NCBI GenBank assembly: GCA_963814975.1
Contig: CAWFFB010000010.1
Span: 1 to 64,000 of the forward strand
DNA: 64,000 nt
Direction: 5' to 3'
Origin: an uncultured Acidobacteriota bacterium
GTDB lineage: Bacteria > Acidobacteriota > Vicinamibacteria > Vicinamibacterales > CAVVIG01
The translations under genes were made by a program, and so were the position numbers. Below, in pieces: positions 29,325 to 38,431 of the stretch. The notes beneath the pieces are model-generated. The model was not told the origin of the DNA. It saw nothing but the letters and a program-made list of their open reading frames with translations, and did no database searches. Each line of letters opens with the position of its first letter. Positions within the stretch are counted from its first letter, which is position 1.

Positions 29325-29753
29325 TTATGTCTCCTGAGCGCGGAGGAGCAGGACGGGAACCTTGACGAGATGACGGACCCGATCGGCCGTCGTTCCATGA
29401 ACCACGTCCGCCAGAAACCGATGACCGTGCGTGGACATCGCAATCAGGTCCACGTCATTGTTCTCGGCTGCGCGGATGAGCTCCGTCGCCGGATCGCCCA
29501 TCGCAAGCTCTGCCTGGACCGTAAATCCTTGCGCACCGAGATCGTCTCTGACCTGCTGGAGATAGAGGCGATCCACCTTCATCTCTTCCGATTCGCGCAG
29601 TCGAAGCTGGTCGAAGTTGCGCGCCACCCATCCGTCGGCGACGTGAACGAGCAGCAGCTCGGCTCCGGTCAGCCGCGCGAGCTGAGTGACGTGCTTGATG
29701 ATCGTCCGATCTGCCGCCGAGTTCTCGAGCGCGACAAGAATGCGCCGGTACAT
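29325..29753 (-). CDS. universal stress protein (UspA family)
   Basis: 142-aa intact ORF: MYRRILVALENSAADRTIIKHV...VDLIAMSTHGHRFLADVVHGTTADRVRHLVKVPVLLL, including the Usp ATP-binding motif G-x2-G-x9-G(S/T). Confidence 0.85.
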   Translation of the reverse strand: MYRRILVALENSAADRTIIKHVTQLARLTGAELLLVHVADGWVARNFDQLRLRESEEMKVDRLYLQQVRDDLGAQGFTVQAELAMGDPATELIRAAENNDVDLIAMSTHGHRFLADVVHGTTADRVRHLVKVPVLLLRAQET

Positions 29754-29763
29754 GGCGTAGATC

Positions 29764-31110
29764 CTATATCCCCGCGAACGTTTGATACAGCAGCCAGACG
29801 TTCAGGGCAGCGATGACCACGGCGACTGTCCAGGCCAGAATTTTCACCCAGCGGGGGCTCACAAACGCGCCCATCTTGGCCCGATCGCCGGTGAACATCA
29901 CGAGAGGGAAGACCGCGAAGGGCAGCTGGAGACTCAAGATGACCTGGCTCAGGATGAGGAGCGGTCCGGTACCCCGATCGCCGTAGATCACGATCACGAC
30001 GATTGCCGGGATGATGGCGATAAGCCTGGTGACCAGCCGGCGGAGCCACGGGCGCAGCCGGAGGTTGATGAAGCCCTCCATGACGATCTGACCGGCAAGC
30101 GTACCCGTCAACGTCGCGTTCTGACCGGAGCACAGCAACGCTACGGCGAAGAGTGTGCTGGCCATGGTCGTCCCCATCAGCGGCGTGAGGAGTTTGTAGG
30201 CGTCGTTGATGTCTGCCACTTGATCGTAGCCGGTGCCGTGGAACGTGGCGGCCGCCATCACCAGGATGGCGCCGTTGATGAAGAGCGCGAACATGAGGGC
30301 GAACGAGGAATCGAGCGTGGCGAAGCGGATTGCTTCGGTCTTGCTGGCGAAGGTGTCGAGGTACTTCCGCGTCTGTACGATGGAGGAGTGCAGGTACAGG
30401 TTATGGGGCATCACCGTCGCGCCGAGGATGCCGATCGCGATGTAGAGCATCTCTCCGTTGCGGAGAATCTCGGTGCGAGGCACGAATCCTGCGGCGACGG
30501 CGGCCATGTCGGGCTTCGCGAGCCAGATCTCGATCGCGAAAGAACCCGCGATCAGGACAATCAGCGCCACGACGAGGGCCTCGACGTAGCGGAAGCCGTG
30601 CTGCTGCAGGAAGAGGACGATGAGCACGTCGAGAGCGGTGAGGCACACCCCCCAGATCAGCGGCAGGCCGAAGAGCAGGTTGAGGGCAATTGCGGCGCCG
30701 ACGACCTCGGCGAGGTCGCACGCCGCGATGGCGATCTCGCAGAGGATCCACAGCACGATGGTCGCCGGCCGGGAGTAGTGGTCACGGCAGGCCTGGGCGA
30801 GGTCGCGGCCGCTGGCGATGCCAAGTCGAACGGCGAGCGCCTGCAGCAGGATCGCCATCAGGTTGGAGATCATGATGACGCTGAGCAGTGTGTAGCCGAA
30901 GCGGGCCCCCCCGGCCAGGTCAGTTGCCCAATTGCCGGGATCCATATAGCCGACAGCGACGAGGTAGCCTGGACCGGCGAAAGCGAAGAATTTGCGCCAG
31001 AATCCGGCCCCCTCTGGGACCGCGATGGAGCCGTGGACTTCCGGCAGGCTTAGCGAGCTACTGGGGAGGCGCCACCCGCTCGATGGAGGCGTTCCTTTTT
31101 TGTTGGTCAC
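29764..31110 (-). CDS. mntH: NRAMP-family divalent metal (Mn2+/Fe2+) transporter
   Basis: 448-aa intact ORF with the NRAMP signatures GPGYLVAVGYMDPGNWATDL and MPHNLYLHSS and about 11 TM helices. Confidence 0.9.
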   Translation of the reverse strand: MTNKKGTPPSSGWRLPSSSLSLPEVHGSIAVPEGAGFWRKFFAFAGPGYLVAVGYMDPGNWATDLAGGARFGYTLLSVIMISNLMAILLQALAVRLGIASGRDLAQACRDHYSRPATIVLWILCEIAIAACDLAEVVGAAIALNLLFGLPLIWGVCLTALDVLIVLFLQQHGFRYVEALVVALIVLIAGSFAIEIWLAKPDMAAVAAGFVPRTEILRNGEMLYIAIGILGATVMPHNLYLHSSIVQTRKYLDTFASKTEAIRFATLDSSFALMFALFINGAILVMAAATFHGTGYDQVADINDAYKLLTPLMGTTMASTLFAVALLCSGQNATLTGTLAGQIVMEGFINLRLRPWLRRLVTRLIAIIPAIVVIVIYGDRGTGPLLILSQVILSLQLPFAVFPLVMFTGDRAKMGAFVSPRWVKILAWTVAVVIAALNVWLLYQTFAGI

Positions 31111-31323
31111 AGCGCCGATTTTGATTCATCAAAACTATAACAGAGCTGCGCCCAATTCAAGGATTCATGTGCCTCACGCGTCATGCACTCACGTCCGCTG
31201 TGTCGGCACGCCCAATCGCTGGGGAGCCTGGGCGCGCCGGGGCTCAATCGGGGTGCGGACGGCGTGCTAGGATTCGTGCCCTGGTGTCGCATCGGTCCGC
31301 TGTTTCTGTGTGGAGAACAACCC

Positions 31324-32565
31324 ATGAAGTGCATGCCTGTCGGTCTTCTCTCGATCGCGACTCTTTTGGCCTGGACCGTCCCGCAATTTTCACCGGCCGT
31401 GTTGGGCCAGACGCCATCGGCGCAGGCTCCGCATATCGGGGAGGGCGGGCTCCCGCAATTCGAGAAGGATCCCGCCTGGCCGAAGGTTCCGGCCAAATGG
31501 AGGATGGGATTCGGATCTGCCGTCGCGGTCGACGAGCAGGACCACATCTGGATCCTCAGTCGCCCGCATACGCTCGTCAATCCCCGGTCCACAGCGGCCG
31601 ACGCGAAATCAAGCGCGGCGCCGCCCGTGATGGAGTTCGACAACGCCGGCAATTTCATTCAGGGCTGGGGCGGCGAGAACGGTCCTGGTTATCAGTGGCC
31701 GTCGAACGAGCACGGGATCACGGTCGATTCCAAGGGCTTCGTGTGGGTCGTCGGCAACGCGGACGGCAAGCGCAACAATCCGGCGAATCTTCCCAACGAC
31801 AATCAGGTGCTCAAGTTCACGAAGGCGGGCAAGTTCGTGATGGCCATCGGCAAGAGTGGCCAGACCGGCAGCAATAAGACCGAGGTCCTCAGGGGCGCCA
31901 CCGGCCTCCATTACTACGGCAAGACGAACGAGCTGTTCGTGTCCGACGGATATGGGAACAGCCGCGTGATGGTCTATGACGCAGACAGTGGAAAGTTCAA
32001 GCGCATGTGGGGCGCATACGGCAACAAGCCCCTCGACGAGGAGGACCGTCCCCGCCGCTCGGCCCCGACGCCGATTCCGTGGGTCGCCGTGTCGGAAGTG
32101 CTTCAGCAGTTTGCCTCACCGGTTCACGACGTCAAGGTGTCGAACGACGGGCTTGTGTATGTCGCTGACCGCGGAAACAAACGAGTGCAGATCTTCACGC
32201 CGGAGGGCCGATTCATCGCCGAGCAGTTCGTCGGCATCGACAGCAAGTATTACCTGCAGGCGAGAGGCATCGCCTTCTCTCCAGACCAGAGATTTCTCTA
32301 TCTCGGAGGGACGCCGGTCGTGTACATCCTGAATCGGCGGACCCTCGAGGTTCTGGGGACGTTCGATGTCGGCGAGGGCTCTCAGGATCATCCGCCAGGT
32401 CACCAGATCGCAGCCGATCACAAGGGGAACGTCTACGTCGTTCAGGCTGAACTGACCGGCGCCGACGGAAAAAGCGGTGGCACAGGCGCTTATAAGTGGG
32501 TATTCAAGGGGTATTCCCCCACGACGAAGTGCTGCCAGGGCCGGGGACGAGCCGCGACGAACTGA
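31324..32565 (+). CDS. secreted NHL-repeat six-bladed beta-propeller protein
   Basis: Signal peptide MKCMPVGLLSIATLLAWTVPQF. Repeated (V/I)(A/V)DxxNxR(V/I)-type blades are present (VWVVGNADGKRNN, LFVSDGYGNSRVMVYD, VYVADRGNKRVQIF, VYVVQAE). Intact. Confidence 0.75.
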   Translation: MKCMPVGLLSIATLLAWTVPQFSPAVLGQTPSAQAPHIGEGGLPQFEKDPAWPKVPAKWRMGFGSAVAVDEQDHIWILSRPHTLVNPRSTAADAKSSAAPPVMEFDNAGNFIQGWGGENGPGYQWPSNEHGITVDSKGFVWVVGNADGKRNNPANLPNDNQVLKFTKAGKFVMAIGKSGQTGSNKTEVLRGATGLHYYGKTNELFVSDGYGNSRVMVYDADSGKFKRMWGAYGNKPLDEEDRPRRSAPTPIPWVAVSEVLQQFASPVHDVKVSNDGLVYVADRGNKRVQIFTPEGRFIAEQFVGIDSKYYLQARGIAFSPDQRFLYLGGTPVVYILNRRTLEVLGTFDVGEGSQDHPPGHQIAADHKGNVYVVQAELTGADGKSGGTGAYKWVFKGYSPTTKCCQGRGRAATN

Positions 32566-32658
32566 ACGACCCACCCGGACACAACGCGGGTTTGGGAGAC
32601 CGAAATCGGGAAGCGACTACCCGAGCGGGAACCCGCTACCCGTCGCGAGCCAACGGTG

Positions 32659-33033
32659 AGAGGGGGCGCGTGATGGATTTCGGCCAGATCTGCTGGCGTT
32701 TTCCGCAGAGGGAGCTGGCATCGAACCTGCCAGTTCGACCGGAGGATGTCGTCAGATTGGGGCGCCACGGCGCGCTCTCGGCGCAGTTTTCTCATCGACG
32801 ATGCGGCACGTTTGCTGGGCGTGTCGCGGCGCACGGTGTATTACCGCATTCGGGAAGGGCGGCTTCTCACGATCCGGGCGCGGTGTGGATCGCAGCGGGT
32901 GCTTCTGTCGTCCATGGAGGCGCTGATGCGGGGGCGTCCAGGGGGGCGCCAAGAGGGCGGTCGGGAGAGTCGTCACGGCGATCATCGCGAGGTCGACGCT
33001 GGCATCGAGGGTGAAGCGGTGGATGGGAGCTGA
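32659..33033 (+). CDS. excisionase/MerR-type helix-turn-helix DNA-binding protein; the frame changes between N-terminus and HTH
   Basis: HTH segment LLGVSRRTVYYRIREGRLLTIRARCGSQRVLLSSMEAL (ORF 32746..33033), preceded in another frame by MDFGQICWRFPQRELASNLPVRPEDVVRL. It is paralogous to the gene at 40250..40507. Confidence 0.5.
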
Positions 33034-33096
33034 TGCTCTCGCGAGCGGCCGGGTGAGGGTGCGGGCCAAAATTCTGGAAGACAGAAGAGCTTAGAC

Positions 33097-35799
33097 TTAG
33101 AGACCGAGGCGCTGCCGCTTCAGGTACAGGCCCTTTCGGGAGATCCCCAGCGCTCTGGCTGCAGCGTCGACACGTCCGTGGTGCGTCCGCAGGGCGACCT
33201 TGATCATTTCACTTTCGATTCGCGCCAGCGTCGGCATCAACTTATTGGTCAGGGAAACCGCCAACTCCGGGCCGGCGGCTGCCAGGGGCGCGATCTTGCC
33301 GGTCTTTCGAATTTCCGGGGCGAGCGCGGCGGGCGTGAGCAGGGCGTCGGTTTCGGCCAGGGCGGTCATCCGTCGGAGCTCGTTCTGCAGCTGGCGCACA
33401 TTTCCCGGCCAGGGATGCAGGAGGAGGTATTCCATTGTTTCTTCGGCGACGCGGACGCGGCCTTTCGAGAATTCGGCGGCGGCTTGTGCGACGAAATGGT
33501 GGACGAGCGCGGGAATTTCATCGCGGCGCTCGCGGAGTGGCGGGATGGTGAGGCGGACGACGTTCAACCGGTAGAAGAGATCCTCGCGGAAGCGTCCTTC
33601 GTGGACGAGCTGTTCGACGTTGGAATTGGTGGCGGCGACGATGCGGACGTCGACGGTGAGGGGGGCGGGTTCGCCCAAGGGGGAGATCTCGCCGGATTCG
33701 AGGAACCGCAGGAGTTTCGGTTGGAGGTCGAGGCTCATTTCGCCGATTTCATCGAGGAACAGGGTGCCGTCTTTGGCGGCGCGAATGAGGCCGGGACTGT
33801 CGCGGTCGGCGCCGGTGAAGGCGCCGCGGCGATGTCCGAAGAGCTGGCTTTCGAGCAGTTCCCGTGGGATGGCGGTGCAGTTGAAGGGGACGAAGGGCTT
33901 GTGCGCGCGTGGGGAGTAGCGATGGATGGCGCGAGCCAGGATCTCTTTGCCGGTGCCGCTTTCGCCGGTGATGAGCACGCTTACATTTGTTCTAGCGACG
34001 CGCTGGGCGAGGGTCATTAGCTTGTGCATCTGGCCTGTAATGATCGCACCAGCAGAGTCGGTGGAAAGATCTTCTGCAGGCCAGAGCCTAATATGATCTT
34101 CTCGGTCTACACGAGCACGGTTAAGCTCACGGGTCGCTGATAACAATAAACAGATGGCGTTAATAGTTGCCGTCGACTCGATGTCAGAATTTGCTTCTAA
34201 CACCACCTCAACTCGGCTATCGCCTGACACTCCCACCTCAATGCGTCTCACGGCGGTGCTGCCGCTAAGTCCATCTTGCGCAATCACCTCTGTTGCACCT
34301 GAGGGTGCCGTTGCCAAAGCAATTGCATGTTTCGCGCAGCCGGAGTCGATCGCCAACCGAATGACTTCCCCTGCCATGAACTCCGGCTGCTGAACGTGCA
34401 CAACTAGAGCGGCTGCTCCCTGCAAAGCTACTTGCGCCGGCATGAAGCCTTCAAGTCCTGATTTCTGGGACACTCTCGGAGCGCCTGAGGCACTCGTCCG
34501 CTTGAGTTCTTGGAGAGCTGGTACGTTACGGAGAGATGTAAAGATTCGGCGCGCGCGATCCGCATGAACATCGGCCGCGTCGTAGTTCTGAGCGAGTGTG
34601 AGCGCAGACGCAAATAACCCCTCGTAGCGGCCATGGAAATCTGATGGAAGATCAGGTAGATCTGATACCAATCCACACAGGAGCTGCATTGCGTCGACAT
34701 CCCGGCCAATCTGCAGCAGTATTTCGGCCCGCGTTAAGGACGATATCGCTTTGAGAAAGTGGTCACCAGTATCGTGAGCGATATCCAATAATTGATCCAC
34801 CTGGCCGAGAGACTCCTGCCAGCGCGTTCGCAACATCAGGTACTTGATCCGAGTGAGGGACGCATGCCTAAAGACGTAGAGCCGCCGATCGTCCGGGTTA
34901 TGGATCGCTTCCTCTATGCGATCCAGGAGTTCTTCGGCCTGATCAAGGCGATTCTGGGCAAGCCTAATCGATGCTATAGCGTCGATAGCACCGTTTGCGT
35001 TGTCTCCGGAAGAAGGCAAAATCGCGATAGCTCGTTCAAAGTACCCAATTGCCTCGTCGAATTGCCCTCCAAGACAAAGCAGATTTCCATAATTGGCAAG
35101 GCACGCTCGGAGTGTCACTGCGACACCCGCCTGTTGGGCCAAGACAACAGCGCGTTGACCATGTGCGAAGCCAAAAGTGTAATCGGATAACATTAGGGCA
35201 ATTGCGACGTTTATGTTTTCAGCCCACGCCTCTAGCCATAGGTTTGATTCAGACGCCAGCAGGTTCACAGCAATTCCGGTATGGCTGCGAGCGCTAGTTG
35301 TTAGGCCGCGTTTTGCCTCAATCTCGGCCACAAAGACGTGAACCGCGGCGAGAACACTCGGGTCACCGAGTTTGATTGAATTCGCTCGCAGTTCGGCCAA
35401 TATTGGAGCCGCGGCATCGATATCGGAGCGATTTGCGAACATCATCCACAGACGGAGTTGAGACCAACAGAGGCGCTCAAGATTGTCTGCGCGCTTCGCG
35501 AGGAGAAGCGAGCGTTGGACATGTTCAATTGCGCCGGCCGTGTTGCCTTCATCCCACTCTATAAGGCCAAGTGTGTACTCGCAGATGCTGCGGTCCACGT
35601 CGCTCAGTTCGTGCGTTTTCAGCAGCTTTGCGGACAGCTGCCGACTCTCAACGTACCGTCCGACTCGTTCAAGAAGTGCAACTCTCTGAACGTCAATTGC
35701 TGGTGGACTTTTTTGGTTCGGCGTCGGCCCCCCAAGTGAAGTCAGGGCCTCAATAAATCGGCCGTTTCGTACGAATTTCTTAACAGTTGCTAAATCCAT
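33097..35799 (-). CDS. sigma-54-dependent transcriptional activator (bEBP) with about 550-aa N-terminal TPR-like sensory region
   Basis: 900-aa intact ORF. The AAA+ sigma54-interaction domain is present (VLITGESGTGKEILARAIH, GAFTGA, ESQLFGH) with a C-terminal Fis-type HTH (GRVDAAARALGISRKGLYLKRQRL). The N-terminal half is all-helical and repeat-like. Confidence 0.9.
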   Translation of the reverse strand: MDLATVKKFVRNGRFIEALTSLGGPTPNQKSPPAIDVQRVALLERVGRYVESRQLSAKLLKTHELSDVDRSICEYTLGLIEWDEGNTAGAIEHVQRSLLLAKRADNLERLCWSQLRLWMMFANRSDIDAAAPILAELRANSIKLGDPSVLAAVHVFVAEIEAKRGLTTSARSHTGIAVNLLASESNLWLEAWAENINVAIALMLSDYTFGFAHGQRAVVLAQQAGVAVTLRACLANYGNLLCLGGQFDEAIGYFERAIAILPSSGDNANGAIDAIASIRLAQNRLDQAEELLDRIEEAIHNPDDRRLYVFRHASLTRIKYLMLRTRWQESLGQVDQLLDIAHDTGDHFLKAISSLTRAEILLQIGRDVDAMQLLCGLVSDLPDLPSDFHGRYEGLFASALTLAQNYDAADVHADRARRIFTSLRNVPALQELKRTSASGAPRVSQKSGLEGFMPAQVALQGAAALVVHVQQPEFMAGEVIRLAIDSGCAKHAIALATAPSGATEVIAQDGLSGSTAVRRIEVGVSGDSRVEVVLEANSDIESTATINAICLLLSATRELNRARVDREDHIRLWPAEDLSTDSAGAIITGQMHKLMTLAQRVARTNVSVLITGESGTGKEILARAIHRYSPRAHKPFVPFNCTAIPRELLESQLFGHRRGAFTGADRDSPGLIRAAKDGTLFLDEIGEMSLDLQPKLLRFLESGEISPLGEPAPLTVDVRIVAATNSNVEQLVHEGRFREDLFYRLNVVRLTIPPLRERRDEIPALVHHFVAQAAAEFSKGRVRVAEETMEYLLLHPWPGNVRQLQNELRRMTALAETDALLTPAALAPEIRKTGKIAPLAAAGPELAVSLTNKLMPTLARIESEMIKVALRTHHGRVDAAARALGISRKGLYLKRQRLGL

Positions 35800-35971
35800 C
35801 GGGTGGACCCTTTTAAGTGCGGTGCCCTGACGACGTATTGTGCCCGATGGATCCTTAGACTGAAACTCATGGTGATGAGGTTACAGCCTTTTCGTGCAAC
35901 GTAGTGCTGGCAACTCCAGTCGGGACAATATCAAGCGGAAGATTGCATGTGCGGCGAGGCAGAGAGAATAT

Positions 35972-38365
35972 CTAATGAATCTGAATTGAGGAGTGATCTT
36001 GCCGGGACGCAATCTGGCGTTGGGCCACCAGCATTAGCCCCCGAAACGAAGAGCCATCGCGGGGAGCCGAAAGACAGGTGATGATCGCTTGGATCGCTAG
36101 ATCTGAACCTGACTTTAACTGTAACGCGTGCCCTAATATGCTTTCTTGAATTCGCTCAGCAATAATCTTAGCGGCCGAGAGACTAGTCTGGTGCAGGAGG
36201 GCGACAAACTCCGCGCTATCGTACCGGAACAAGATGTCCGAAACCCTTAGCTCAGTCCTAGTCTGTCGAACGACGTGCCGTAACGCTTCGTCTCCAGACT
36301 GTCGGCCGTGCTGTGCGTTAATGTCCTTCAGGCCTGGCATGTGGATGAATAGCAGCGTCAAATCTGAGACGACCGTTACATCTTCAGTGCCGGTAGACTG
36401 CAAGAAGAGTTGTTCAAGCTGATGAAGATTTGGTAGACCTGTGGTGGAATCCAGGCGTGTCGTGTTCTCGATCTCAGTCGCACACTTTAGTGTATGTGAA
36501 ACGTGACGCGCAACCACCTCAATGACCCTTCGGTGATTTTCGTTGAATCCATCGATGGTTTCCGAATACAGCGTTAACACACCAATCAATTGAGCACCTG
36601 ATGTCAGTGGAGTACTCAAGCAACTTCGAAGTCTTGGACTTATGGTTCTAGCTACATCCCCTAGATCGAGTGTAGGATCGGAGTTAACGATCGTCTTTTG
36701 ATTCGCTCCTACCCAACCACTCAATCGTCGCCCCATAGGAATGCAAAGTCCGTTGATGACCGAGCTGGCGTCGCCGGTGGTGTGCTTTGCTTCAAGTTCA
36801 TCCGTCGCAGGATTAAGTATAAACAGTACAGATTGGGCGAAGGGAATCAGCCGCCGGAGGTGCTTCGTGATCAAATCACCGGTCTCGCTGATGCTTCCTT
36901 GTCCAGCCAGGGCATGAGCCAGCTCGTAAAGCGTATGCATTTCGGCCGAGCTGGCAGCAATGTCGTCAAGTCTCTGAAGATCAGTGCTGATTGTCGGGTC
37001 TTGGATCGAGCCGGCAATTTCGTTGAGTGCTTGGCGCTGGGCTCTGGCTGGCGCCGGCACCGGCGCTATGTCGGCATGAACTCTGACAAACGTATCAACA
37101 ATCAAAGGATCGTACATTGAACCTCGGCGCTCGATTAGAATTCGGAGCGCTTCGTCGGTTGACAAGCGAGGACGGTATGGGCGGTCTGAAGTCAGAGCGT
37201 CAAAGCAATCAACTACCGATAGAATTCTGGCACCAATGGGAATGTCAGTACTCTTAAGGCCGGCTGGGTATCCACTTCCATCCCAGCTTTCATGATGATG
37301 CCTGACTATCGGCACAACTGGGTACGGAAAATCAATTGCGGAAAGTATGTCCGCTCCAACACTAGCGTGCAGTTTCATTTTCTCGAATTCGGCAGGTGAT
37401 AGCCGGCCGGGCTTGTTCAAAATGTATTCCGGAACAGCTAGTTTGCCCATGTCGTGAAGGAGCGCGGCCGCCTCGATCGCTTTGATCAGCTTCTCGTCGA
37501 TTACGCCGACGCGTTTGGCCAAACCAACTGCGTACGCCTGTACCCGGCGAATGTGCCCGTGGGTGATCTGATCTTTGGCGTCAATCGCCATTGCAAGGGT
37601 CTCAATCGTTGATAAGTACAGTCGGTTCAAATCGCTCAGATGCTTGTTGCTATCCTCAACGCGCCCCATTGCTGTTCGAAAGGTGAGATACGAAACTAGC
37701 AACAACGGGCCTATTATGGCGAGAATGCTGACGTCGAGGTCGCGAGAAAATGTAACGATCAACGCAGCAACAGAGGCGCTGCTAAAGTATGTAACCGAAA
37801 GCCAAATGAATTTGTCCCACCAAATAGTGAGCGGCGGCTCTTTCGTTTCGAGTCCGACGACTACTGCGACGAGCCAACTGTTCAGCAAGAAATACAGGGT
37901 GGTAAAGCCCGCAAGCGGAAGAAAGAGGGCTGAGAGGGGTGCCGGACGGATCGAGTATGGCTCGATATCTGAGAAGAAAAAGAAGACAGTCGCGGATAGC
38001 CAAATTGCGATTGTTGGGGCGGCCAGGTTGAACAAGAGCCTGTGAGGCGGCCGACCGGCCGGACTCATCCAGAACAGCACGGTGAGTGCTTCGAGAAGGA
38101 CGGTGATCGTGCCGGCGGCTGCGCCGAAGAGAAGAACCGCTAGGAAGACGAACGCTTCGGAGACTGAAATTCTAGCGTTGATCGACGCGATCTTGACGCT
38201 AAAGGAACCGGTAAGTAACGTCAACGCTGCGATAACAATCCACTGAGGAGCAAGTGGGTTTTGGTAGAGCCTGAATGTTGAATACGCTACTGCTGCGGCG
38301 CCGGCTAGCACCACACCGACGACGTAGGCTCTGGCGGGGCCTTTTAGTTGAGCGAATCCGGGCAT
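35972..38365 (-). CDS. membrane-anchored HD-GYP phosphodiesterase with GAF and degenerate GGDEF-like domains
   Basis: 797-aa intact ORF with about 8 N-terminal TM helices. The HD-GYP core reads HGHIRRVQAYAVGLA...LHDMGKLAVP...HHESWDGSGYP. A GAF-like region and a C-terminal GGDEF-like region lacking a canonical GG(D/E)EF follow (HMPGLKDINAQHGRQSGDEALR). Confidence 0.85.
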   Translation of the reverse strand: MPGFAQLKGPARAYVVGVVLAGAAAVAYSTFRLYQNPLAPQWIVIAALTLLTGSFSVKIASINARISVSEAFVFLAVLLFGAAAGTITVLLEALTVLFWMSPAGRPPHRLLFNLAAPTIAIWLSATVFFFFSDIEPYSIRPAPLSALFLPLAGFTTLYFLLNSWLVAVVVGLETKEPPLTIWWDKFIWLSVTYFSSASVAALIVTFSRDLDVSILAIIGPLLLVSYLTFRTAMGRVEDSNKHLSDLNRLYLSTIETLAMAIDAKDQITHGHIRRVQAYAVGLAKRVGVIDEKLIKAIEAAALLHDMGKLAVPEYILNKPGRLSPAEFEKMKLHASVGADILSAIDFPYPVVPIVRHHHESWDGSGYPAGLKSTDIPIGARILSVVDCFDALTSDRPYRPRLSTDEALRILIERRGSMYDPLIVDTFVRVHADIAPVPAPARAQRQALNEIAGSIQDPTISTDLQRLDDIAASSAEMHTLYELAHALAGQGSISETGDLITKHLRRLIPFAQSVLFILNPATDELEAKHTTGDASSVINGLCIPMGRRLSGWVGANQKTIVNSDPTLDLGDVARTISPRLRSCLSTPLTSGAQLIGVLTLYSETIDGFNENHRRVIEVVARHVSHTLKCATEIENTTRLDSTTGLPNLHQLEQLFLQSTGTEDVTVVSDLTLLFIHMPGLKDINAQHGRQSGDEALRHVVRQTRTELRVSDILFRYDSAEFVALLHQTSLSAAKIIAERIQESILGHALQLKSGSDLAIQAIITCLSAPRDGSSFRGLMLVAQRQIASRQDHSSIQIH

Positions 38366-38431
38366 TGCGGGTGGCCGCTCTCACGGCGGCCTACCCGTTA
38401 TCGGTTCAATCTTCCCAGAGGATTAGTTGTC

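Noticed and set aside
29782-31053. 423-aa plus-strand ORF
   Set aside because: It is antisense to the intact NRAMP (mntH) gene. Its acidic/His-rich composition is mirror-frame.
35800-35971. Possible sigma54 -24/-12 promoter in the gap between the HD-GYP and bEBP genes (tgcaacgtagtgctggca)
   Set aside because: On the transcribed strand it reads TGCCAG-N9-TTGCA. The essential GG of the -24 element is replaced by GC and the spacing is off, so it is not a convincing RpoN site.
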